A program made the translations under genes and the position numbers. Shown piece after piece: positions 29,167 through 39,400 of a DNA stretch of 55,846 bases. The notes under the pieces were generated by a model. That model had not been told where the DNA came from, did not search any database, and saw only the letters and a list, made by a program, of their open reading frames with translations. Within the stretch, counting starts at the first letter, position 1. Every line of letters begins with the position of its first letter. This stretch comes from an uncultured bacterium (GTDB taxonomy: Bacteria > Electryoneota > Electryoneia > Electryoneales > Electryoneaceae): assembly GCA_913009835.1 (NCBI GenBank), contig CAJVXH010000002.1, forward strand, positions 1-55,846, in the 5' to 3' direction.

Positions 29167-29190
29167 GCCGGTCCGCACACACGGACCGGC
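29167..29190 (-). terminator. Rho-independent terminator after the beta-barrel OMP gene
   Basis: Perfect 9-bp stem GCCGGTCCG/CGGACCGGC with a 6-nt loop. On the minus strand it is followed by UUACUUUUCAUU. Confidence 0.65.
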
Positions 29191-29248
29191 CTTAATTTGT
29201 AACTATCTAATCGGCACACTATGGGTACATCAAAAGGTTCCTGCTGAA

Positions 29249-29935
29249 TTATCCGCCCAGTACAATACCAGCCTGCAGAGTCAGCCATGATCCCGGAGCC
29301 GGGTCTTCGAGGCTCGGGATGATGTAGTATTTCGCACCTACCCGGAAAGCAATCGGCCATCCGACTGGTTTCAGTTTGGCACCAACAGTGAGGTGCAGAC
29401 CGAATTCCATCTGGATATCGTCTGCGAGACTTGCTGCATCCACTTCTTCTTCTGCCGACTGAAAATTGTCCAAGACCAGATCTTTGGAAAACACTGGTGC
29501 CACGGCCATGAAGCTCGGTCCACCACCAACATACACCCCACCCACCATAGGAATTGGTAAGATAGTATACAAGGCAGTCAGGTCAGCGCCAGCTCGCAAA
29601 TACGGAATATCTTCATTTACTGGCTCATTAATAGCAGCGGCTGCTCCAACACCTGCATATGCGACTGCATATGTACCGTAAGCTCCTTCAATACTCAGCA
29701 TCAAGTCGATCATAGGGATCATACCAAATGTAAAGTCAATCCCACCACCGACCAAGCCACTTACTTCATCACGAACGAGCGCAATACCAGAACCGGCTAC
29801 ATCTCCATCAAAAGTAATCTGAGGGCTGACTTCCCCATCAATGGTTGTAGCGTCGTAGTTGAGATGGAATCCGATTCCTGCGAAGCTGGGAACAGCCAAC
29901 ATGCACAGAACAAGCACCGCAATCAATTTCTTCAT
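29249..29935 (-). CDS. Small outer-membrane beta-barrel protein (porin/OmpA-N-like family)
   Basis: Signal peptide MKKLIAVLVLCMLAVPSFA, alternating hydrophobic beta-strand pattern, Gly/aromatic-rich. Confidence 0.7.
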   Translation of the reverse strand: MKKLIAVLVLCMLAVPSFAGIGFHLNYDATTIDGEVSPQITFDGDVAGSGIALVRDEVSGLVGGGIDFTFGMIPMIDLMLSIEGAYGTYAVAYAGVGAAAAINEPVNEDIPYLRAGADLTALYTILPIPMVGGVYVGGGPSFMAVAPVFSKDLVLDNFQSAEEEVDAASLADDIQMEFGLHLTVGAKLKPVGWPIAFRVGAKYYIIPSLEDPAPGSWLTLQAGIVLGG

Positions 29936-30069
29936 CGTTTAACTCCCTGGGTTCTGAATGATTCTATTATGTGAAATCTCTTTTGTTTCGCAAAATATGA
30001 TATCCTGACATGGTCACAGCAAGCAAAAAAGCATTCGACTCACAGTATTTCGAGTGTTTGTTAGTTTTC

Positions 30070-30085
30070 TTCGTAACGTTACGAA
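30070..30085. promoter_or_regulatory. Perfect 16-bp palindrome TTCGTAACGTTACGAA upstream of the OMP gene
   Basis: Exact dyad symmetry, about 135 nt upstream of the start at 29935. Possible operator; no cognate regulator identified. Confidence 0.35.
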
Positions 30086-30087
30086 TA

Positions 30088-30193
30088 GTAATTCTGAACC
30101 ACCTGCTGGCTCTATTTGCAGGTGAGTGAAGAATCTCGTATTTCATTCTTAAAGAGATAACAGCGAGATCCTTCACTTCGTTCAGGATGACGC
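30088..30193. repeat. Inverted pair of hairpin (H) repeat modules, MITE-like
   Basis: The left arm gtaattctgaac..(nested stem cacctgc/gcaggtg)..agtgaagaatctcg (30088-30138) faces the right arm cgagatccttcac-ttc-gttcaggatgacgc (30164-30193). A partial extra caggatgacgc is at 30199-30209. Confidence 0.8.
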
Positions 30194-30225
30194 TACTACA
30201 GGATGACGCTACTATACAATCAATT

Positions 30226-31029
30226 CTAAAAATCGGATGCTTTCTTAGCCCTGCCGACAATACCACGTTCGGAGTCATTTTCCACAAAATCGACAATCGC
30301 CTTGATTTCCGGGGTCATCTCCACCTCGTTCTTGATACTTTCCATAGCTTGCGACACATTCAGATTACTCCGATAGATGATCTTATAAGCGTGCTTGATG
30401 GCGTTGATACACTCATTACTGAATCCACGGCGACGCAAACCGATTGCGTTTACTCCACGATATTCGAGTGGATCACCAGCTACCAGAGTGTAAGGTGGAA
30501 CATCTTGTGGAACGCGCCATCCACCTCCGATGAAAGAGTGTTGCCCCAGGTGTACGAACTGGTGAATGGGAACCATTCCGCCGATAATAACCCAGTCCTC
30601 GATGGTCACATGACCAGCCATATTCACCGAGTTAGCCATAATAACACGATTACCGATGTGACAATCATGTGCCACATGGGAATAGGCCATCAACAGGCAG
30701 TCTTCTCCTACCGTGGAGCTGCCGGACTCGTTCGTTCCCCGGTTGAGGGTTGCATATTCACGGATTACGGTGCGATCACCGACCTCCATGGTAGTATCTT
30801 CGCCCGCAAACTTCAAATCCTGGGGATTTGAACCTATGACAGCGCCGGTGAAGACTCGTACGTCATTCCCCAGGCGTGCCCACTGGGTGAGGTGAGCGTG
30901 CGGCGCAATTTGGCAACCATCCCCGATAACGGCGCCGTCTTCTATAATCGCAAACGGGCCAACACTTACGTTCTCGCCCAATATGGCGTCTTCTCCCACC
31001 GCAGCCCGTGTATCAATTCCGCTCATCAT
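30226..31029 (-). CDS. lpxA: Acyl-ACP:UDP-GlcNAc O-acyltransferase
   Basis: 267 aa, hexapeptide (LbH) repeats plus the LpxA C-terminal helical domain. Follows lpxC/fabZ with a 4-nt overlap. Confidence 0.92.
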   Translation of the reverse strand: MMSGIDTRAAVGEDAILGENVSVGPFAIIEDGAVIGDGCQIAPHAHLTQWARLGNDVRVFTGAVIGSNPQDLKFAGEDTTMEVGDRTVIREYATLNRGTNESGSSTVGEDCLLMAYSHVAHDCHIGNRVIMANSVNMAGHVTIEDWVIIGGMVPIHQFVHLGQHSFIGGGWRVPQDVPPYTLVAGDPLEYRGVNAIGLRRRGFSNECINAIKHAYKIIYRSNLNVSQAMESIKNEVEMTPEIKAIVDFVENDSERGIVGRAKKASDF

Positions 31030-32423
31030 TCGCGCTCCCTGATAACAGCCTGCATCTCGGCTTGCGCGGCCAGCTCATCATCGACATACGCAGATGCCTG
31101 CATCTTGCAGATACCGCGACGGAAATAAATGAGTTCGACACGCATGTACAGGGTATCACCGGGAACTACCATGCGTCGGAATTTCACGTTGTCCAGCTTG
31201 GTGAAATATACCAGGCTGTCTTCCGGGTTTTCAGTTTCATTCAGCATCAACACACCACCGACCTGCCCCATCGCTTCTATGATCAGCACTCCAGGCATAA
31301 TCGGTCGGTCGGGAAAATGTCCTTGGAAAAAAGGCTCGTTCGCGGTGACATTTTTAATGCCTGAAACCATCTCGCCGGGGACGAGCTCGAGAATTCGATC
31401 AACCAGAAGGAATGGATAACGGTGCGGCAGTATTCGCTTTATCGCTTCGATGTCAAATACGTACGAGGTTGACTGGGTACGTTGGTACTTCTTGGTTAAT
31501 TTTCGGGCCTGATAGATCTTCCGCATCTTGCGGACCATCTCGACATGGGATTCATGACCCGCTCGTGCAGCCATAACATGCCCACGGATCGAGATTCCCA
31601 GCAACGCGAAATCACCGATCAAGTCTACGACCTTATGTCGAACCGGTTCATTGTAGAACCGTAATGGTCGATTGTCGAGCAGACCATTTTCACTGGGTTT
31701 AAGAGCACCCTTCATATCGAAAACTTCTTTGAGGCGATCGAGCTCTTCTTCATCCAGATCCCTGTCCTCGATCACCAAGCCGGTTTCGAGGGAAGCGCCC
31801 TTGATGAGACCAACTCTCTTCAATTCCTCAATCTCGCTCAAGAACGCAAAAGTTCGTGCCTCAGAAAACTCGTCTTTGTATTCTTCCTGCAAGCTGTACA
31901 TGGAGGTGTACTGAGTGCCGAGTGCCGGATTGCGATAGTCGACCATGTAAGTGATGCGGAACTCATCGGAAGGCACAATAACCAGGTCAACACCCTTCTC
32001 TTCATCGTGAAATATCAGGGTTTTGTTGATCTCGAGATATTCTTTAGGTGCATCCTGTTCTACAATGCCCGCTTCGAGCAACGCATCCACGAACGGACGT
32101 GAGCTGCCATCAACAACTGGCGGCTCGATGCCGTCGAGCTCAACGACGCAGTTGTCTATCTCCAAGCCGGCGAGCGCGGATAGAACGTGTTCGACCGTAT
32201 GAACCTTGACCTCACCCTGGGTAATCGTGGTTCCACGGGAGATATCTGTAACATGGTCAATATCCGCTTTGATACGCGGATTGCCATCAATGTCAGTACG
32301 TTCGAACCAATATCCGGACCCGGCTGGGGACGGTTTGAAGGTCATTCGTGTCTTGACACCTGTGTGCAGACCGGTACCTTCGATTGTGACTTCTTTCCCA
32401 ATAGTGCGTTGATTCTTTAGCAA
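31026..32423 (-). CDS. lpxC: Bifunctional UDP-3-O-acyl-GlcNAc deacetylase / 3-hydroxyacyl-ACP dehydratase (LpxC-FabZ fusion)
   Basis: N-terminal TIEGTGLHTG LpxC motif and C-terminal LPHRYPFLLVDRI ... GHFP FabZ hot-dog motif, in one 465-aa ORF. Confidence 0.93.
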   Translation of the reverse strand: MLKNQRTIGKEVTIEGTGLHTGVKTRMTFKPSPAGSGYWFERTDIDGNPRIKADIDHVTDISRGTTITQGEVKVHTVEHVLSALAGLEIDNCVVELDGIEPPVVDGSSRPFVDALLEAGIVEQDAPKEYLEINKTLIFHDEEKGVDLVIVPSDEFRITYMVDYRNPALGTQYTSMYSLQEEYKDEFSEARTFAFLSEIEELKRVGLIKGASLETGLVIEDRDLDEEELDRLKEVFDMKGALKPSENGLLDNRPLRFYNEPVRHKVVDLIGDFALLGISIRGHVMAARAGHESHVEMVRKMRKIYQARKLTKKYQRTQSTSYVFDIEAIKRILPHRYPFLLVDRILELVPGEMVSGIKNVTANEPFFQGHFPDRPIMPGVLIIEAMGQVGGVLMLNETENPEDSLVYFTKLDNVKFRRMVVPGDTLYMRVELIYFRRGICKMQASAYVDDELAAQAEMQAVIRERE

Positions 32424-32447
32424 GGAATCCCCTTCGCTGTCAGTGAC

Positions 32448-33467
32448 TCAGTCGCCCTTATCCTCCAGCTTCCTGAGCCTCTTCAGAGCATCTGGTAATT
32501 TCCGGATTGCGGCAAAAGATCTCTGCCACTCATGGATTTCAACTGCCGGTGTGCCGCCGATAATGGATTTCGCGCCTGGATCTTTGTGTATTCCAGACTG
32601 GGCAGCTACCATGATACCGTCACTCAGACGAATATGTCCGGCCATGCCCACTTGTCCGCCGAACATTGAATTTGCACCTACTTTGGATGAGCCGGCAATA
32701 CCAACTTGGGCGGCGAAAACCGTGTTCTTCCCTATTTCAACATTGTGTGCAATTTGGATGAGATTATCCAGCTTGACACCCTGACGAATAATCGTCTTCC
32801 CGAGAGTGGCACGATCTATGGTGGTGTTCGCCCCAATTTCGACATCATCCTCGAGGATAACATTTCCTACCTGGGGGATCTTGGTATATCCCTCTTCTCC
32901 GGGTGCGAAGCCAAAGCCATCCGATCCGACAACTGCACCGTCCTGAATAATCACACGGTTGCCGATGATGCAACTCTCGCGTACTGACACCCGGCTGTGG
33001 AACAGGCAATCCTCTCCAACCGTCGTCCCCCGACCAACAAAACACTGTGCACGGAGTATGGAATGTTTGCCAATTATAACCCCGGATTCAACCACACACA
33101 TCGGACCGATTGTAACCCCTTCGGCGATCTGCACGTCAGGAGCAACATCAGCACTTTTGTGAATACCCGGAGTCGAATGATCCAACGTCGGATGAAAATG
33201 GTGCAGGGTAGCGAGAAAGGCCCGGTAGGGTTCCGGGGTAATGAGGTAGGTCCGCTTACCCTCTTCCCCATCCGGTATATGATCGAGGATCACCGCTCCC
33301 GCCTCAGATTCGGGGAGGTGCTTGAAATAGGCGCTATTGGCTATGAAAGAGATCTCGTCACTTGTGGCCTCCTCGATCTTGCTCACCGCAGTGAGTTCAA
33401 GCGAGTCGTCGCCTACCAGTTCGGCTTTCAGTATCTCAGCCAGTTTTCCCGCTGAAATCATTATCAT
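32448..33467 (-). CDS. lpxD: UDP-3-O-acylglucosamine N-acyltransferase
   Basis: 339 aa, N-terminal LpxD domain (ISFIANSAYFKHL) then hexapeptide repeats. ATGA overlap with skp. Confidence 0.92.
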   Translation of the reverse strand: MIMISAGKLAEILKAELVGDDSLELTAVSKIEEATSDEISFIANSAYFKHLPESEAGAVILDHIPDGEEGKRTYLITPEPYRAFLATLHHFHPTLDHSTPGIHKSADVAPDVQIAEGVTIGPMCVVESGVIIGKHSILRAQCFVGRGTTVGEDCLFHSRVSVRESCIIGNRVIIQDGAVVGSDGFGFAPGEEGYTKIPQVGNVILEDDVEIGANTTIDRATLGKTIIRQGVKLDNLIQIAHNVEIGKNTVFAAQVGIAGSSKVGANSMFGGQVGMAGHIRLSDGIMVAAQSGIHKDPGAKSIIGGTPAVEIHEWQRSFAAIRKLPDALKRLRKLEDKGD

Positions 33468-33985
33468 TCCGTCTTCTTCAGCTCTTCGAGGATGATGTCA
33501 GTGATATCGAGTTCTGGATCGGCGTAGGCTATTGCAGTGCCAACGGCGTCAAGGATGATATCATAACCATCTTCCTGGGCGATCTTATCAATCACCTGCT
33601 GAATTTTATCGTTGATCGGAGCGAACAGTTCCTGGTTGCGTTGCATTGCTTTACGCTCGATATTCGCTTGGAACTCACGATACTCCAACATTTTGTTCTG
33701 GAATTTCTTCTCGACCTCGGCTTTCTTCTCCTCGCTGTAGAACATTGAACCTTCAGACAGTTCAGTGTCCAGGGCTTGCAATTCTTCTTCCATCTCCGTT
33801 GCCTGCCTCTGCCACTCAGTTATCTCTTCCTCAAGAATCTGCTGCGCGTCCTGCGCTTCAGTGTACTCATTGAGGATGCGGTCGGAGATTATTATTCCAA
33901 CCTTGGCATCTTTAGCGGAGACTGTCCCGGCAAATGCCAGCACGATAATCAGAAGTGTCGCCATCGGGGCGGTCCACGTTCTCAT
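33464..33985 (-). CDS. skp: OmpH/Skp periplasmic chaperone
   Basis: Signal peptide (MRTWTAPMATLLIIVLAFAGTVSA) then a coiled-coil Lys/Glu/Gln-rich body. Canonical bamA-skp-lpxD position. The longer ORF to 34099 overlaps bamA. Confidence 0.85.
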   Translation of the reverse strand: MRTWTAPMATLLIIVLAFAGTVSAKDAKVGIIISDRILNEYTEAQDAQQILEEEITEWQRQATEMEEELQALDTELSEGSMFYSEEKKAEVEKKFQNKMLEYREFQANIERKAMQRNQELFAPINDKIQQVIDKIAQEDGYDIILDAVGTAIAYADPELDITDIILEELKKTE

Positions 33986-34013
33986 CAATAACCTCAGTGT
34001 TTGTAAAATCGTG

Positions 34014-36353
34014 TTAGAAGGTCCGGCCGAATTGGAAGTGAGGTACCCACTCCCCATCACGACGGCCATCTGAATCGACATAATCGAACCCGTAGCCATA
34101 ATCGAGACCGATCAGACCAATGAACGGCATATATAAACGAACTCCCAAGCCTGCCGACCTGCGCAAGTCATTCAGGTTCGTCTGATGTCTGGTTTCCCAG
34201 GTATTGCCAGCTTCCGCAAATGCGAGCAAAAAGACTGTCGGGCTGGGAATCACCGGTAAACGTACTTCAAACGTCTGCTTGAACATACTCTGACCACCGA
34301 CTGGGAAGCCACCTCTTTGTGGTCCTACGTCACCCTCCTCGTATCCACGCATGGACTCGCCAAAACTGATGCCGCTACCGCCCATGAAGAAGTAATCGAT
34401 GTAAGGTACATTTTCATCATTCCCCAGATCATAGAGTAACCCAAACAATGAATGGGAATACAGGACCAGCTTTCCGTATAAGGGGGTGTACCATTCTCCA
34501 CTGAACCGTTGCTTCAGGTACTCGTCATCCCCGCCGAAAATCGTACCCGCCAATTCATGCGAGACTGAGAACACGCTGCCACGTGTCGGGAATTCAGGGT
34601 TGTCGCGGCTGTCACGTGTGAAAATAGCTGTCACCCCACTGCTCCAACGGGCTTTGCCCTCGCTCAGACCACGTGGGTTCGACGCCAGAAATGCCTCTGA
34701 AAAATCATCGTAGAAAGAACGGTCAACTCGATAAATCCAATCACCACGAGTATAATCGTCCGGCCAGCGGAAACGGCGACCGATACGCACGCTACCACCG
34801 GTTACATGTTCGTCGTAGCCGTAAAATGTGCCACCGCGACGTAAATCGTAGAAGCTGAATCCACCCAGGGTTGGGGTGTCAAACATCCAGGGTTCGGTGA
34901 AACTGATTGAAAAACTCCGGTAAATGCTTCCGAAGTTCCAATCAAGACTCACCCGTTGACCATATCCCATGAAGTTCGGCATGGAGAAGCCAATAGCACC
35001 GATGACTCCGTCTCGCTCGCTGTAGCCTGCCGACACATTAGCCTGATCAGTAGGTTTCTCTTCAACGTCAACGTAGAGGTCTACCTGGCTATCGTTCACC
35101 GGCTGAACATCGGGAATGACGTTGCCGAAGTAATTGAGGATAGTGAGTTCACGCACTGAACGGCGCAGCAGGGACACGTCAAAAGTTTCGCCCGGGAACA
35201 ACACCATCTCACGACGAATCACCTTTTCCCTGGTTTTGGTATTTCCCAGAATGTTTATTTTGCGAATGGTGAACTGATTGCCTTCGTAAACGTTGATTTT
35301 CACTTTCAGGGTGTCACTGGCAATCGGAATCAATGTCGGGGTGATGCTGGAATAGATATATCCACGGTCGTAGTAGAGGTTTCCCAGCCTTTCCGCAACG
35401 GTCAGATCGAGTTTTTCTTCGCTGTACACATCTCCTGGTTTGAATGCCAGGCGTGACATCATTATTTCATCTGAGAAAATGGTGTTGCCTTCGAAGGACA
35501 CATCACCAAAATAGTACTGGGCTCCCTCATCTATCTCCAGCCAGATATTCAGGCGCTTCAAGTCATCGCTGTATGAGATGGAATCACTGACAATTGAAGC
35601 GTCACGATAACCGTTGTTACGGTAAAAGGTGAGAATGTTTTCACGGTCGTTGTCATATTCGATGGATTCGAATTCTCCCGGACGGAACCAGCTCATAATC
35701 CACCAGCCGCGCTGCTTTGTTTCCTTCATCCGCTTGCGCAACGCTTTGTCTGAGAACGCGTCATTTCCTACAATGTTGATATCATTAATGCGGACCTTGC
35801 GACCTTCGCTCACGTTGAAGACCACGGCTTTGCGCATATCTTCGTCGGTGTCTTCGATCTCGATTTCCACTTCCGCAAGCAAGTAGCCCTTATCCCTGTA
35901 CTCAGCGATAAGACGTTTTTTGGCAGCTTGCAGACGTGCTGGTCGCATCACCTGCCCACGATACAGCTCCAGGATTTCGAGCGCATCATCATCTTTGATC
36001 TTGCGGTTCCCACTAACCTCAATTGAGCCGATGCGGGGATACTCCTCAACTTTAATGAGGAAGAAACCACCTCCCGCCACTTCGCGTTCGAGCAGGAGTT
36101 CGATGCTGCGAAACAAATCGAGTCTCCAGATGCGCCTGATGGCACTCTGAATATCGTCGCCGGTAATTTCTTTCCCGACAATGAGCCCGGAGTTTGCCAG
36201 GATCAGGCCTGGATCAGCGGTAGTAGTTCCCTCTACTCTCACCCCCATAACTTTTATGCTCTGGGTTTCTTGAGCATGAAGAGTCGAAACGAGGGGTAGC
36301 AGGCACACCACCGTGAGTAGAATCGCAATGTAGCTGAGACTGCATTTTTGCAT
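34014..36353 (-). CDS. bamA: Outer-membrane protein assembly factor BamA
   Basis: POTRA repeats followed by an Omp85 barrel ending FQFGRTF. Start set at MQKCSLSYIAILL (signal peptide); the ORF extends to 36437. Confidence 0.93.
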   Translation of the reverse strand: MQKCSLSYIAILLTVVCLLPLVSTLHAQETQSIKVMGVRVEGTTTADPGLILANSGLIVGKEITGDDIQSAIRRIWRLDLFRSIELLLEREVAGGGFFLIKVEEYPRIGSIEVSGNRKIKDDDALEILELYRGQVMRPARLQAAKKRLIAEYRDKGYLLAEVEIEIEDTDEDMRKAVVFNVSEGRKVRINDINIVGNDAFSDKALRKRMKETKQRGWWIMSWFRPGEFESIEYDNDRENILTFYRNNGYRDASIVSDSISYSDDLKRLNIWLEIDEGAQYYFGDVSFEGNTIFSDEIMMSRLAFKPGDVYSEEKLDLTVAERLGNLYYDRGYIYSSITPTLIPIASDTLKVKINVYEGNQFTIRKINILGNTKTREKVIRREMVLFPGETFDVSLLRRSVRELTILNYFGNVIPDVQPVNDSQVDLYVDVEEKPTDQANVSAGYSERDGVIGAIGFSMPNFMGYGQRVSLDWNFGSIYRSFSISFTEPWMFDTPTLGGFSFYDLRRGGTFYGYDEHVTGGSVRIGRRFRWPDDYTRGDWIYRVDRSFYDDFSEAFLASNPRGLSEGKARWSSGVTAIFTRDSRDNPEFPTRGSVFSVSHELAGTIFGGDDEYLKQRFSGEWYTPLYGKLVLYSHSLFGLLYDLGNDENVPYIDYFFMGGSGISFGESMRGYEEGDVGPQRGGFPVGGQSMFKQTFEVRLPVIPSPTVFLLAFAEAGNTWETRHQTNLNDLRRSAGLGVRLYMPFIGLIGLDYGYGFDYVDSDGRRDGEWVPHFQFGRTF

Positions 36354-36459
36354 GACGGTTTCTACGCTTTCTGGAAAACCGGAATGTACAAGTGGGTATC
36401 GGACGAGACAAGCGTGCTCATGGGGCTGTTTCCCCATAATCCCTGCTCTCCTCTACCTC

Positions 36460-39400
36460 CTAATTGTAGAAAGCCTGGCGCCAAAGTTGACGCGCATCCA
36501 GTTGCATAATGTCGAAGACAACCGAATATTTCATCCGGGCGGAACGGTTGTTCTGATCTTCCACACTCTCATACTCCCATCCAAATTCGATTACGAAGTT
36601 AGGTGAGATGGGCTGAATCCGATATTCCAGATTCCATTTCTGGAGCAAGCCCAATCTTCCGAGTTGGATATCTTCAACACTCGCATATCTCGCTTCTTCG
36701 CCGAATTGGCCGGTATATGAGATATAGGTGTTTCTGTCCATAAACTTTCCCAACACCACTCTGCTCGCGCGGAACAGGTTGCGACTGCCCGTGTTTGCGG
36801 CGGTACGTTGATCTTCCTCGGTAGTGTTGTAGAAAATGTCCGTAGGTTTGGGTCCCACCAGGTTGGTGGCTAATTGTGGTCTGAATTGTACGATATCCAA
36901 GCCCAGGAATTCAGCCGCGTCTCGCTCAACCGGACCGAGCCAACGTCTGGCCATCGCCCTGTCAAGTCCTCCAGCTCCAGATGTTATCACCCGGTTTTGC
37001 AGGCCTTGGAGGTCAGAGATACCGACCCCCATGGCGCTGAGCACCTCTTCCTGGCTTGAACCGGCCTCATCCTCGAGGACAAAAGTGATCTCCCCCCAGC
37101 GACCTCGCTGTCGCCGCTCGCCTGTGACCGGGTCAATGACGTAGAGTGTGAGATACATCTGGCGGGTGAAATCCTGTTTCGCAACGTTCGCCACAGCCCG
37201 TGCACTCACCACCGGGTAGACAGAGGTTTGATCAAACACGATTTCCGCGCGATCCATTGAGAACAGCATGTCCAGGAATTCGATCCGACCGGTAGAGCTG
37301 ACAATGGTCCCATTCATGCGGAATGTAGAATCAGCGATTACACCGGTCACATTGATCGGGAAATCCGGGTCCGTAGGCTCCAAGTCAACATCCAGCTCAA
37401 TTTGTCCCAGAAACTCCGAGAAAGTTTCGAGAAATGGAGCGTTCTCCAGTCCTTTCACGATCCGTTCATACTTTACATCATTCCCGATACTGGCTTGCAC
37501 ATCCCATCGAGCGTTGTTAATGAACGCTGGGGTCTCTGTAACCGTACTGGTATTATTTTCTCCGAGGAACAAGGCTTCTCTGGGGAGGATGGCACTCAAA
37601 ATGTCGACTTGATTCTCCTCGACTATCGGTGGATAGGTGAAGACTGAGCTTAGCAGGCGCAATTGCCCATCAATGAACAAGCTGTCTGCGGGTCCGGCAA
37701 TAGTTAGCCAATCATCATGTTTCCCGCTCACTGCCAATCGCGAGTATTGTTCCGTAGTATTGATTCCTGGTAACCTGAATGGTATTCCCTCGTCATCGAG
37801 AGTTCGCATTTTAAGCACGCCTAAATCTATCTCCGGCGATCTGAAACGTATAGCCTGCCTGGTGGAATCTGAATCCTCTCCGGGCAAATTGCTTACTGCA
37901 AAAGCGTACTCATTTTGAAAAATACCCTGTGCTTGCCGGATGTTGACCAGACCGTCGCTGTCTATGGTTATGTCCACATCCAAGTTAGTCATTTCGGGAA
38001 AAACGTCAGCAAATTCCACTCGGCCATGTTCAACTGTCAATTGACCTCTGGCTGCAACGGGTTTGCCGGCAACTATGGTTGTTGACCAATCGAGAAGACC
38101 TCGTCCTGAAGCATCGATGATGAAATCGGATGTTTGCGGAAATATTCCCAGAATATCTCCTTCGAGCGAGATATCCAGCTCACCAGCGCCTCGATCCAGC
38201 GGTACAGCACCGGAGATTGTCAACTCGTAATAGTCAGGTCTGGATAAGGATGCTGTATCAACGTAGACAACATGTCCCAATCGTTCAGAGCTGACTCCAT
38301 GAAGTCGAGCGTGGATCTTTTCAAATTCAATTCCAGCGAGGGTTCCAACGTTCATATCCAGTTCAGCCAGCCACGAAGGTCGACTCAACGACCCATGAAC
38401 GAATCCGCGAAGATTTGCATCCCCGGTCAGTAAATCCTTTTGTCCGGTCATTGTGGTCATGATAACGTTGGCATCTGAACTGGGTGATTCTATGTTCAGT
38501 CCCAGACTATCCTCTTCTATATCATAGCCGCCGATCAGGGTGAACAATGTGGTGCTCTTCCGTCCAAATGCACCCTGTTGGATGTTGACCTTTCCTCTTT
38601 CTGTATTGAGCGTCAACAGACCCCAGTAATCAGATAGCTCGCCGTACTGCCCTTCCGAGAGCTCGAAATGCGAGTCAATATCAGGACTATTAAACGGTCC
38701 GCTCATATTGAACCGTCCGCTGACAATCCCACCGATTTGCTTAAATTCTGATTCCATTGAGACAGGCAACAGATCCGCCAGATCCATCCTTTCAATCCGC
38801 ATGATCATCTCTTGAATCATCTGCGCATCGAAATCGATTTCTCCATTGACGGTGAGAACATCCATGAAACTCGCTTGATTGAGACGAAGGGTGCCGTCTT
38901 CGTATACAGCGTCAACGCTGCCATTCCCCACACATTCGTCATCATAATTGAGCTGATAGCCAGCCAGGGCAGAAATCTGCGAAGTTGAATCGAATACTGA
39001 CTCCCCGGCGACTTTCAACGAGATATTGGTCGCTTGATTTCTGATCGTCGCCAGGGTAGCAAGGGTGTCATGATCCAGATTTGCGGTGACAAAGATATCC
39101 AGATCATTGATCCAATCTGGCGCCTGATACTTTTCATCCCACCAACCTGATACCAGCTGTGGTTGACTGGTTTCGATTCTGATTGGTTCATCACCCAATT
39201 GTCTCAAATTCAGATGCGCGTCCGGCTTCTGCATTGAAAACAGGTCGAGGCTGGCATCATAACCGTAGCGGCTGTATCGTCCCTTGAATTCACCGAATGC
39301 CGGATCACTTCTGTCTCGCACGTGCGCTTGTGAACTGATGACGAACCCTTCATCCGGATACTGATTAATTGTCACCTTGCCTTCAGCGTGCTTGCTGGTA

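Noticed and set aside
29967-30296. 109-aa ORF containing SSVILNEVKDLAV
   Set aside because: It spans the intergenic repeat-module pair and runs into the lpxA 3' end. The VILNEVKDL stretch is simply the hairpin module translated.
30187-30831. 214-aa plus-strand ORF antisense to lpxA; similar antisense ORFs include 50765..51436 (panB), 39944..40456 (tamB), 1056..1586 (cheA), 5288..5821 (ileS), 17967..18473 and 28507..28986
   Set aside because: Each lies wholly inside a well-supported minus-strand gene with strong family motifs, and none has a recognisable motif of its own. They are typical shadow ORFs.
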